Of a stretch of DNA of 32,000 bases, positions 8,668-18,212 are shown one piece after another. The stretch spans positions 3,090,001 through 3,122,000 of the forward strand of contig NZ_CP042905.2 of the NCBI RefSeq assembly GCF_008000775.2, in the 5' to 3' direction. The notes beneath the pieces were generated by a model. The model made no database searches, was not told where the DNA came from, and saw only the letters and a list, made by a program, of their open reading frames with translations. Position numbers and translations under genes: made by a program. Position 1 is the stretch's first letter. Each line of letters opens with the position of its first letter. Source of the DNA: Promethearchaeum syntrophicum. Lineage in GTDB: Archaea; Asgardarchaeota; Lokiarchaeia; Sigyniarchaeales; Promethearchaeaceae.

Positions 8668-9678
8668 CTATTCATTAATTTTTGGAGTTATATTACGTTT
8701 TTTACAATGTTTCAGATATTTTTTTCCATGCTTTAGCATAAACCAATCAATTGTTTCATCGCGTTCAGGTTTTATAAATTCATATGCATTTGGTAAACAT
8801 TCATAAGTTATTGGAAGTTTTCCAATCACCTCTCCATCCACTTGACCAATATACGGATCATCTTCTTTTTTAACCATTTCTACTCGAACTTTTTTACTTT
8901 GGTAAGTTTTAATTTTAGGATGGGGAAGAACAGTCTTAGAATACATTTTTTTTAAATCGAATAATACCCTTAGGGGAGTAACTTCCGGGATTGAAATATT
9001 GAAAAAACCATCATCAATTCGGGCACCGCCACACAAATACATCCATTCCCCATATGATTCCCCATTTCCCACAGCCACATTGTTTGGGTTCCCTTCATAA
9101 ACATCATTTTCCATGATAACCCTCACTGCACGCTTTTTAAATTGAAAAATAGTTTTGAGTAATGCAATAACATAATTTTTAGTTCCCTTGTATTTTTTCT
9201 CATGTGCATTAACTATTCCAGCTACAGCACCATCAAATCCTTGAGAACCAATCCCTAAGAAATATCTTGTTTCGTTTTTAGCATTTATTGTTAAACCAAC
9301 ATCATTTTTTCCAGTTTTCCCTTCCGCAATTATCTCACAAGCTCGTTTAACATCCGGAATAATCCCGATTGCCCCAGGAATATCATTTCCGGAACCAATA
9401 GGCATAAAACCCACTAATTCATTGGTATTTGATTTCATTACACCATTTAATATTTCATTGCATGTACCATCCCCACCAGCTGCAATCACGCGATACCCAT
9501 CTTTAGCTAATTGCTCAGAAAGCGAAATTGCGTGTTGAAAATATTCCGTTTGAAATAATTTGTAAGATACTTGTAGTTTATCCAGTGTTTTACATGCATA
9601 ATCAAAATCATTTTTGGTTTTCCCCGCAGCAGATGTAGGATTATAAATTATTGCATAATCTTTCATTAATAATTCCAT
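8668..9678 (-). CDS. Diacylglycerol kinase / lipid kinase family protein
   Basis: IIYNPTSAAGK, AAGGDGTCNEILNGVM, GFMPIGSGNDIPG, GIGSQGFDG. Confidence 0.9.
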   Translation of the reverse strand: MELLMKDYAIIYNPTSAAGKTKNDFDYACKTLDKLQVSYKLFQTEYFQHAISLSEQLAKDGYRVIAAGGDGTCNEILNGVMKSNTNELVGFMPIGSGNDIPGAIGIIPDVKRACEIIAEGKTGKNDVGLTINAKNETRYFLGIGSQGFDGAVAGIVNAHEKKYKGTKNYVIALLKTIFQFKKRAVRVIMENDVYEGNPNNVAVGNGESYGEWMYLCGGARIDDGFFNISIPEVTPLRVLFDLKKMYSKTVLPHPKIKTYQSKKVRVEMVKKEDDPYIGQVDGEVIGKLPITYECLPNAYEFIKPERDETIDWFMLKHGKKYLKHCKKRNITPKINE

Positions 9679-10006
9679 TTCACCGTAAAAATAAATAAAA
9701 TTTATGGAAAATTAAAATAAATTTAAAATATATATTTTCGGTGACTTAATCCCTTAAAAAGTCCTCAATTATTCATTTATCTCTAATTATTTCACGACAT
9801 CAATTTGAAATAATATTGTGGTAAACTTATATGAATTTTCTAGGAAATTTCGGTTAAAAATTTTAAATGCAAATTCAATTAAGTCAAATTCATTTAAAAT
9901 GCAGGAGAAGAAATATCATTTTGTGTATGACAACCTAATTATTTTAATGAAAATAATGGAAAAATAAAATAAAAAAAAATGGAAAAAAGATAAACCCCAA
10001 TTATAT

Positions 10007-11716
10007 TTATTTCTTTTTCCGTCTAAAAATCAAAGAACCTAATACAGATATTACAACTCCTATTCCCGCTCCTATTAGATACGGAGAATAATTGAAATTC
10101 AAAATTACACTATTTTTAAAATTGACAAAAACAGAAGTTTGCTCCTTATTACCTGCCTCATCGTATGCAATAGCAGTAATATTATGGACTTCATTAGTAT
10201 ATTTACTTGTATCAAGACCAAATGCTGCTTCAGGATAAGGTAAATATGAAGGCATTGTAGTTTCATTCAGAAGTTTTCCATCAATCAATAGTTGAATCTT
10301 ATCTAATGCTTGATCATCATTACCTCTGGCAGTTACATCGATGGTTCCGTTATAAATAGCATCGTTAACAGGATTTATAATAGTTATAGTAGGAGGAATC
10401 AAGTCATCTGGAGCTTCTCCATCTTCATTAATGGTTAAACTTGAAGAAACTATTGGTGTGACAACATGATCTTCAGTCTTTGCTTCAAAGAGTAATCGAT
10501 AATCTCCTTCGGCTGTTCCAAAAAGTTTCATTAAAGCATCAGGACGAATTGTAGCTATGTAATCACCATGTTCTCCATCATCTGATACAGTATCTCTTGC
10601 TAAAAGGACATTATACGAGGCAGGTAGTGTTGGAAAGTAATATATTTCTGGATCAAAAGGATCATATGGATCCACAACCGGAACAGGTGGTTGCCATCCG
10701 GGAGGAATGACTTGTACTCTAACATGTTCTATTCTTGAGTTATTATTACCAACCCTAATTGATATATTTACTGTACTTGTATCAGGATCAATGTATTGTG
10801 GTAATGGTATCATATCCATATAAATCCAAGGTGCAACTAACATAGGGGGATTAATATGTAAGTTTAAGGCATCATTCCCATCTCCTCCATTTGGTAGATG
10901 CCCCCAATAATCAACTTCGTGTCCAATTTCATCGTGGTTATCATCAATCCATGGTTTTTGAGAATCAATATAACCAGCTGCAACTACATTAGCTTTTGCA
11001 TTTTCAAATGCTTCCCCAAGTGAATAACCAACTGATATCGAAGACCAAAAAGCTTCAGTAAATACCGCCGATGTACCCATAGAATTTGCGTATGAGCTAT
11101 GAACACTATCCGTAGCACAAATAACAATTCTATTATCCTTACTCACCGGGTCAATAAAACTTCCCGAGTGACATGCTTCATATACAATCACAGATCGAGT
11201 CATTCCTGTGTCAGCTTCGAGAGTATTTAAATACGAATTCAATTCAGTATCGTATAAATTAGGTCCAGGAAGCCCCATAACATTTGTTCCTCCATGATCA
11301 AAAAGAAAAATTCCCAAACCAAGTACTGAATTCACTTTGTCTGCTGCCCAAGTTTCTATTGCATATTGAATATTGCCCTTTTCAGAGGTATCTGATGCTT
11401 TTGCTGGGAGAGAACCATCCCAATCTTCTGCTAAGTAATATATCTTGCTCTCTGCATAACCTAAACCTACCAAGATATCATATACTTCATCACATCCATT
11501 TTCAATAGCGTAGTATAATGCATGATCAGATTCTCTATCTCCAGCAACTATTATCCATGCATTTATATTTGCATTAACAGCTGCTTTTGGTAGGGAATCT
11601 CCTTTTGTATCTATAGTCATATGATTCATAGAATTAACGGTAATAACACATGTAGAATTAATTACTAATACCGAAAATAGGATAAATATGACTATTCTAT
11701 TCTTATTTTTACTCAT
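10007..11716 (-). CDS. Secreted, C-terminally membrane-anchored C13 (legumain-like) peptidase with an Ig/Big-like domain
   Basis: N-terminal signal-like TM; WIIVAGDRESDHALYYAIENGCDEVYDILVGLGY; catalytic His context GIFLFDHGGTNV; catalytic Cys context SVIVYEACHSGSF; C-terminal TM followed by RRKKK. Confidence 0.82.
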   Translation of the reverse strand: MSKNKNRIVIFILFSVLVINSTCVITVNSMNHMTIDTKGDSLPKAAVNANINAWIIVAGDRESDHALYYAIENGCDEVYDILVGLGYAESKIYYLAEDWDGSLPAKASDTSEKGNIQYAIETWAADKVNSVLGLGIFLFDHGGTNVMGLPGPNLYDTELNSYLNTLEADTGMTRSVIVYEACHSGSFIDPVSKDNRIVICATDSVHSSYANSMGTSAVFTEAFWSSISVGYSLGEAFENAKANVVAAGYIDSQKPWIDDNHDEIGHEVDYWGHLPNGGDGNDALNLHINPPMLVAPWIYMDMIPLPQYIDPDTSTVNISIRVGNNNSRIEHVRVQVIPPGWQPPVPVVDPYDPFDPEIYYFPTLPASYNVLLARDTVSDDGEHGDYIATIRPDALMKLFGTAEGDYRLLFEAKTEDHVVTPIVSSSLTINEDGEAPDDLIPPTITIINPVNDAIYNGTIDVTARGNDDQALDKIQLLIDGKLLNETTMPSYLPYPEAAFGLDTSKYTNEVHNITAIAYDEAGNKEQTSVFVNFKNSVILNFNYSPYLIGAGIGVVISVLGSLIFRRKKK

Positions 11717-11852
11717 TTCATATTTACACCATACCTTATTTCTTTTAGTGACTTATAAATGGATCTTTCAGCGAGAATTATGAATAAATATTCAAAATTT
11801 TAACAACCTTCTTTTTTGGTTTTCTTTTATATTCTTTTTTTTGGATGATAAT

Positions 11853-11860
11853 TTATAAAT
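11853..11860 (+). promoter_or_regulatory. Possible TATA box for the 11899 gene
   Basis: TTATAAAT about 40 nt upstream of the ATG at 11899. AT-rich background makes this weak. Confidence 0.3.
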
Positions 11861-11898
11861 TAAATAAAATTTTTACTTTAGCCAAAATTTATAAGAAT

Positions 11899-12294
11899 AT
11901 GCCCAAATGGTATTTTACAAAGGATTTTATGGAATATATGATGGACCCATTATCAAATGAAGGTGAAGATAAGATCCCTACAGTGATTGTTGTAGAACCG
12001 TGCACTTTAGGGTGATCAATGGGAGGAATCTTTCCATTTGAGGTGGGAAAAGTGATGAACTTACAAGCGACTACCGATAATTCATTGGAACGCGTATATT
12101 CTCCTGATATCCCTCCCCAAATTGAATTATACATTGCAAAATCACTGAAGAATGATTTAATCGATCCAATGATTATTGATTATGCAAAATGGAATGACAT
12201 ATATTTAACATTTGTTCCAGTACTTCCAAGACCATTAAAAGAATATGATTTTTTTGAATCTTCCCAGATTGAAGCAAATGATGCTTTGAAGTAA
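11899..12294 (+). CDS. Small protein of unknown function with one in-frame TGA at 12013-12015 (candidate selenoprotein or interrupted gene)
   Basis: ATG at 11899 and the listed ORF at 12019 share a frame. Translation: MPKWYFTKDFMEYMMDPLSNEGEDKIPTVIVVEPCTLG[TGA]SMGGIFPFEVGKVMNLQATTDNSLERVYSPDIPPQIELYIAKSLKNDLIDPMIIDYAKWNDIYLTFVPVLPRPLKEYDFFESSQIEANDALK*. Confidence 0.6.
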
Positions 12295-12456
12295 ACATTG
12301 TTCAAAGAAGATGCCCTCGCCACAGGAATCTAAACTATACCTTCAAATTTCTTAGTATCTCTTAAGTATAAAAATAACATCTTTTTTCTTTAAGTTCTCT
12401 AAATGTATCAAATTATTTTTTTTTTGATAATTCTTATCTAATTTTTAAGGACTAAA

Positions 12457-13260
12457 ATGAAGAAAACGCGCCAAGAAGATTACGAAGAAATAATAATATC
12501 TCATCGAAAAATTGAAGAAATTAATTTACAACCTTTTATAGCAGCAAAAGAGCTTGTAAAAGATTTTGAAATTGGGGATTATATTGTTAGAGCAGTAGAT
12601 CACCTTTCAATTGAAATTTCGGAGCATGAATATGTTGCTATCATTGGGAGTTCGGGAGCGGGAAAAACAACACTCGTACATATTCTTGGTGGGCTTGAAA
12701 CAGCCACAAAAGGAGATACTTTTATTTCGCATATCAACGTTTCACATATGGAACAAGAGATGTTGGCTACTTTTAGAATATTTAATGTAGGAATTGTATT
12801 TCAAAATTATAATCTGATATCATCTTTAACAGCGCTTGAAAATATAATGTTTCCTATGCAGCTTTGTGGAGTTAAACATGAAGAATGTGAATCAAGGGCC
12901 AAAGAATTATTAAAAATAATTGGTTTAGCTGAGCGATCAGAACATTTACCTTTTCAATTAAGTGCAGGAGAACAACAGCGTGTGGCAGTAGCGAGAGCAT
13001 TGGCTAATGATCCCCCTATAATCATAGCGGATGAACCAACAGCCAATTTGGATAAGAAGAATGCTGAATATATTGGAGAATTATTTGAAAACTTTCGAAC
13101 AGAGGGTAAAACAATTATTGTAGCAACCCATGATGAGAAACTTATTAAGCATGCTCACCGGATTTTGATTATGGAAGAAGGGAAAATAATTGAGGACAAG
13201 CGGATAAATGAAATTTCATTTAAAAAAGAAAACATAGAAATTGAAATGGAACAGGAATAA
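12457..13260 (+). CDS. ABC transporter ATP-binding protein (LolD/MacB-like)
   Basis: Walker A GSSGAGKTTLVHIL, signature LSAGEQQRVAVARAL, Walker B IIIADEPTANLD. Confidence 0.95.
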   Translation: MKKTRQEDYEEIIISHRKIEEINLQPFIAAKELVKDFEIGDYIVRAVDHLSIEISEHEYVAIIGSSGAGKTTLVHILGGLETATKGDTFISHINVSHMEQEMLATFRIFNVGIVFQNYNLISSLTALENIMFPMQLCGVKHEECESRAKELLKIIGLAERSEHLPFQLSAGEQQRVAVARALANDPPIIIADEPTANLDKKNAEYIGELFENFRTEGKTIIVATHDEKLIKHAHRILIMEEGKIIEDKRINEISFKKENIEIEMEQE

Positions 13261-13263
13261 AAA

Positions 13264-15195
13264 ATGTCGTTGAACTTTGCTATTAAAGATTTATACTATT
13301 TTAAAAAACAAACAATAGCTCATTTGAAAACGAATTCTTCTATAATTGCTTTAGTGGTACTCTTTTTAAATTTAACAAATAGTATGAATCTTTTAACCAT
13401 TAGCTCTCCAATATCCTACTTAACACTTACTCTTTTTGAACTAATCACGCAATATCATGCATTTTTAGTAATCCTTATTGCAATTTTAGTCTTTGTTGTT
13501 ATGATAAATAGTAATCATGCCATCGTTGAGCATAGAAAAAAGGATATCGGTATAATGAAAGCAGTTGGAACTTATCCAAACCAATTGTATAGTTTCTATC
13601 TAACAGAAGTGCTTCTTTTAGCATTTTTTTCGTTTATTATTGGTTGGATCATAGGTATGTTCTTGTTTTTTATCATTTTCTGGATTCTTAACGGGAGATA
13701 TGTCGGACTCAATTGGGCCCCAGATACATTGATTTCAATTGGAATATTTGGGGGATTATTATTAGTAACGTTCATTGTAAATGGATGGGAGATACGAAAA
13801 ATTGGGCTGAAATCGTTTTTCTTTGCTAAAACCGGGAAATTTAAAAATAATATTCATGCAAAGCTAACACCAACATGGAAGAAAATCATGATAAAATCCT
13901 CAATTAGCATGAAATTAGCGATCAAAAATCTCATGAGAAAGCAAAAGGATTTAAGACAGAGTCTAGCATTGATTACAATCGCGGGGATGATAATGTTAAC
14001 CGGATTAATAGGAGTTAATATTGTAAATAATTCGGGTGGTGCATATATTCATCAAGCTCAAGGAGAAAATATTGCAGTTATTGGAGCTCCTGAAGTGGTT
14101 GAAGCTTTTGCAAATGGATACTCTCGGTTTTCAAATGAGAGTATCCCTGCACTAAAAGAAGGAACCTATACAGATATTTCAAATAATATTAGCACAATTG
14201 AAGAACAGTTAACAGTTTATTTTAATGATTATTCCATTGATTTGAATTATTGGGAAAAGAGATTATTTACTGTTACAACTGTAACAGAATCATTAGGAGC
14301 AGTAATACAGTATATTTATGATCCAGATAACGGAACTACTTCGGCAGAATATGTTTCAGTAGGTAACGGAACCAGAACAAGAGTAGTTCCAATTCAAGGT
14401 ATTAATGTTAATTCGAGCATTCAACACTGGAATTATGGGGGAAATTTTACAACCCTAACAACCGAAGCAGCAATTGGTGATACGTTAGCTGGCGAGCTTT
14501 ACGAGAATGCATATGCTCAGTGGATTATCTATTCAAACGTTGAGACAAATCGTACCTATCGACACGAAGTTGAGGCAGTCGTAATAGATTCGATGAATAT
14601 CGGAAATTCTGTTTATATCCCATTAGAAAATCTCCAAGGAAATTTAGGAAGAACTAATTTCAGCAATCTAATCTTAGTAGATTATTCTAAAGCACTTGAA
14701 AATGGGCAATATAATGAATTCTTTGATGACATTTCAGATATCTTGGGAGGTCAATTCGAAATTATGGATTTAGATCCAATTTTTATACATAATGAAAATT
14801 TTCTAAGATCAAATCAGATCACCACATTAGTTTTAAGTTCAATAATTGCGATGGTAATTATTTATATTATATATCAGTTTCAACAAGGAAGATTAGAAGA
14901 GGATAAAAATGATATCATTATCTTCAAAGCTTTAGGCGGCACTACAACAGATATCAGAAATATGTTATTTTATGAGCAAGCGTGGTTGTTATTTGTGGGC
15001 TTAACTTTATCCTTAACAGGTACTTTATTTATCAGCATATTTTTCTTATTGGAAAAAGCAGAATTTCCATCAATATGGGTACCTCTTGGTCTATACGCAT
15101 TGATATTTAGCTTCTTTTCCTTCCTAGCTTATATTGGAACAAGATTATTGGTAAAAAAGCAGTTTCAGAAAATTGAACATACACCCATCACTTAA
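13264..15195 (+). CDS. FtsX-like ABC transporter permease
   Basis: Immediately downstream of the ATPase; DIGIMKAVGTYPNQLYSFYLTEVLLLAF and IIIFKALGGTTTDIRNMLFYEQAWLLFVG FtsX-type motifs; large extracellular domain. Confidence 0.92.
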   Translation: MSLNFAIKDLYYFKKQTIAHLKTNSSIIALVVLFLNLTNSMNLLTISSPISYLTLTLFELITQYHAFLVILIAILVFVVMINSNHAIVEHRKKDIGIMKAVGTYPNQLYSFYLTEVLLLAFFSFIIGWIIGMFLFFIIFWILNGRYVGLNWAPDTLISIGIFGGLLLVTFIVNGWEIRKIGLKSFFFAKTGKFKNNIHAKLTPTWKKIMIKSSISMKLAIKNLMRKQKDLRQSLALITIAGMIMLTGLIGVNIVNNSGGAYIHQAQGENIAVIGAPEVVEAFANGYSRFSNESIPALKEGTYTDISNNISTIEEQLTVYFNDYSIDLNYWEKRLFTVTTVTESLGAVIQYIYDPDNGTTSAEYVSVGNGTRTRVVPIQGINVNSSIQHWNYGGNFTTLTTEAAIGDTLAGELYENAYAQWIIYSNVETNRTYRHEVEAVVIDSMNIGNSVYIPLENLQGNLGRTNFSNLILVDYSKALENGQYNEFFDDISDILGGQFEIMDLDPIFIHNENFLRSNQITTLVLSSIIAMVIIYIIYQFQQGRLEEDKNDIIIFKALGGTTTDIRNMLFYEQAWLLFVGLTLSLTGTLFISIFFLLEKAEFPSIWVPLGLYALIFSFFSFLAYIGTRLLVKKQFQKIEHTPIT

Positions 15196-15206
15196 AACAT
15201 TTTTTT

Positions 15207-18137
15207 CTATTTTTTCTTTGTTCCAATTAATTCATTGACAATTTTGCGAATATCTTTAATTTTCAACATTGTTTGAGCAGGAATTTTCACAGATCTTCCG
15301 ATTTTTTGAATTGAAAAGAGAGAATTAATCATTGATTCCAAATAATCAATGATATCACCTGTGAAAATCTTGATCTCATATTCCTCTTCTAATTCTAACA
15401 CGATTTCGGTAACAGATAATCCAGATAATCGATAATCAACAATAAATCTCTCAATGTTATTCTTCCCACATTCACAATATGGTTTATCTTTGCAAGTGCA
15501 ATTGAAGATATCTTCAGACCACCTAATAATCACACCATACAACCGACGGCTTACATGTGCTCTTTTCTTTTTCCCCAAATGCTCAGCATTAACCATAGAA
15601 AGAACTGAACTTGAAAATAGGTTATTAGATTTTACTTGTTGGTTTCCTTTAATACTTAACTCAGATAATATTCGATTTGTAACGTAAACATTATTAAAAG
15701 TATCTAAAGATTGTGCTAATTCTATCATGTCTGGAGCAGGAAGTTCTTCTGAAACAGGTGTTATTAGAGATTTTCGAATTTTAATTGCAGTTTTCAAACT
15801 GAAAAACGATTCCGCTACAGCTTTTCCAAAACGAGTTGCTCGCGCTACCGATTTATTTCTGATTATTTCGATAAATTTATTTTTCCTTAGGTAGATTAAA
15901 GCTTGATCTAAATCGAATTCTCCATTGTATAACATTGAATGGTAATATTCTAATTCAGTTTTCAAAATACCACTATTGTTTTCACTTTTTGATGAATACA
16001 TTGCAATTACTGCTAAAATTTCTGAATATTGTGCGCCTTCATTTGGATTTAATTTTAAAGGTTCAATTTTTCCTTTTAATAAACGAACGGCTAATTGATC
16101 TTCAGTATCACTTTGAGACCCAGCACTTACTTTACCCGGATTTACGAGCATGTAGACTTTACCCAAATCATGCTTTTTTAAACGTCCGGCGCGACCGCTC
16201 ATTTGTTCAAAATCTGCAACAGTTAATTCTTGGATACCCATTGACAGATTATAAAATATGACCATACTTGCCGGAAAATCAACACCCGCGGCCAATGCAG
16301 CAGTAGTTATAACGCAAGATATTTTTTGCTTTTCAAAGCTTTTTTCAACGTATTTCCTCTGAGAATGATCCAAACCACCATGATATGCGAGAGATTGTAT
16401 GTGATTTTCTCGCAGATATTCAGCTAATCTTTCTGTATTCTTCCTAGAATTGGTAAATACTATTGATTGTCCGCGAAAACCATAGGATGATTTAATTTTG
16501 AATTCAGATCGAACAAGATTTCTCATATTTTTAAGTTTTGCACCATCTTCAATACACATCACAAGGTGCTGTTCAATTGGTACGGGTCGATCTGTATAAT
16601 TAATTAAAGTTGCTCTTAAATGGGAGGATAACCCTTTAGGATCTGAAATTGTGGCACTTAAATACAACATTTGGGCTTTTGGCAAATATAAACGCAACCT
16701 TCCTATCAAACCATCTAATATTGAACCCCGTTCGGTATCTGATAACATTTGAATTTCGTCAATAACTATCGTTCTCACATCTTTTAAGAGATAAGGTCGA
16801 CCACTTCTTAGAATTATATCAATAGCTTCGTACGTTCCAACAATAATATCAGCATTTTGAAATTTACCTGATTCTTTAATAGATCTTTTTCGTTTTGAAA
16901 TATGTGAAATTCCAACTTTGAGAACAGAATTAATCCCAATTTTTTTAAATTCTTTGTACTCTCGATTTCTCATATTAGCCAGAGCAACAATAGGAACAAT
17001 ATAAAGCATTTTAGATTTTGATTGAGTCTTCCCTAATTGTATTATATATTCATTTTGACTATTTGATAAATTCTGGAGATCATCAGTACTCTTGAAAGTA
17101 GAAGATGATTTGTTTTTTTTGGCAATAATTGCCATTTTGTTATTTAAAATTTTAGATATTCCTGTTAATTCCCCGATCATGGTTTTTCCAGATGAAGTTG
17201 CAGAAACTACAAGTTCATCTTGATTCTCCAACAATCCATGTTCTAATGCCATTATTTGAGCGGGTAGCAATTGTTCTTTATTTTGTTTCTTATAATAAAT
17301 TTTAAGGAGATCAGGAAGATTGAAATCATATATTGTTTGTTTTTTCAGGTATTCATCCTTTTTCTTAACTCTCTTTTTTTTAATGCTGACTAGAGTTGCT
17401 TCGCGATGTTCTAAGATATTAAAATTTGGCCCAAAAACATTTAGAACTTTTACGACATCATTATATTTGTTCAATAAATCTCTTAAATACATCTTAATAG
17501 CGGGACTAATTTTCATAGTTTTTTTTAAAGTTCTAATAATTTCTTTTCCGGCACAGCTTTTACAAACATAAAATGCATGATTTTTGTATCTGGTTTTTTC
17601 ATCAATAAGAGTATGTTTTTTCTCTTGTTTGCACGAATGACAAAACAAGAAGTTTCGGATATTTTTATACTGGATAGAATTACAATATTCATAAAGTGGC
17701 TCTAATTTTTTTAAATAATCCAGCATCTGTAATTTTTGAACCGAATGAGTTTCTGTTTCAACTATTTGATACTTATCAAGTTCATAACCTTGAGGGATAT
17801 TAAGATGATTCCCAATTACTACAAATTTTGCATTTAGGATAAATAGCCTAAAGGTTGTAGGATCCACATTTACATTGATATTTTCTTGAGAACTTTGATT
17901 TTGTTTAGTTTTCCAAAATTTAAACGGAATTAAATTACCTTTTTGAGGATCTTCTTCTAATAAAATAAGCCCAATGAAAAATGGTGTCTCGCGGTATCGA
18001 ATTTCATTATAAAAAGTATCATCCTTTGTCAATTCAAAGCAAGCAACATCAAAATAGGGCTTATTAGGATGATCTTCATCCTTATCCATTATTATGAAAT
18101 AATTTTTGCGTTGTAAAAATAATTTTGTGCTGCTCAT
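15207..18137 (-). CDS. Large Ski2/Hel308-like DEAD/DEAH-type helicase with N-terminal and C-terminal Cys clusters
   Basis: Walker A VVSATSSGKTMIGE, TYEAIDIILR, VIDEIQML, LSATISDP, ITTAALAAGVDFPASMVIF, QMSGRAGR; CHSCKQ...CKSC and CTCKDKPYCECG. Confidence 0.9.
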   Translation of the reverse strand: MSSTKLFLQRKNYFIIMDKDEDHPNKPYFDVACFELTKDDTFYNEIRYRETPFFIGLILLEEDPQKGNLIPFKFWKTKQNQSSQENINVNVDPTTFRLFILNAKFVVIGNHLNIPQGYELDKYQIVETETHSVQKLQMLDYLKKLEPLYEYCNSIQYKNIRNFLFCHSCKQEKKHTLIDEKTRYKNHAFYVCKSCAGKEIIRTLKKTMKISPAIKMYLRDLLNKYNDVVKVLNVFGPNFNILEHREATLVSIKKKRVKKKDEYLKKQTIYDFNLPDLLKIYYKKQNKEQLLPAQIMALEHGLLENQDELVVSATSSGKTMIGELTGISKILNNKMAIIAKKNKSSSTFKSTDDLQNLSNSQNEYIIQLGKTQSKSKMLYIVPIVALANMRNREYKEFKKIGINSVLKVGISHISKRKRSIKESGKFQNADIIVGTYEAIDIILRSGRPYLLKDVRTIVIDEIQMLSDTERGSILDGLIGRLRLYLPKAQMLYLSATISDPKGLSSHLRATLINYTDRPVPIEQHLVMCIEDGAKLKNMRNLVRSEFKIKSSYGFRGQSIVFTNSRKNTERLAEYLRENHIQSLAYHGGLDHSQRKYVEKSFEKQKISCVITTAALAAGVDFPASMVIFYNLSMGIQELTVADFEQMSGRAGRLKKHDLGKVYMLVNPGKVSAGSQSDTEDQLAVRLLKGKIEPLKLNPNEGAQYSEILAVIAMYSSKSENNSGILKTELEYYHSMLYNGEFDLDQALIYLRKNKFIEIIRNKSVARATRFGKAVAESFFSLKTAIKIRKSLITPVSEELPAPDMIELAQSLDTFNNVYVTNRILSELSIKGNQQVKSNNLFSSSVLSMVNAEHLGKKKRAHVSRRLYGVIIRWSEDIFNCTCKDKPYCECGKNNIERFIVDYRLSGLSVTEIVLELEEEYEIKIFTGDIIDYLESMINSLFSIQKIGRSVKIPAQTMLKIKDIRKIVNELIGTKKK

Positions 18138-18212
18138 TTATCTAATTATATAATGCAGAATTTTATTTCATTTTTTTCCCTAGGAGGGAATTTTCAATTA
18201 AAAAAAAAAAAA

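Noticed and set aside
11889-12134. 81-aa minus-strand ORF overlapping the TGA-split gene
   Set aside because: It is the antisense shadow of the plus-strand frame, with no recognisable protein features. The plus-strand frame continues convincingly on both sides of the TGA.
15454-17571. Plus-strand ORFs of 77, 108 and 83 aa
   Set aside because: All lie antisense inside the well-supported helicase gene.
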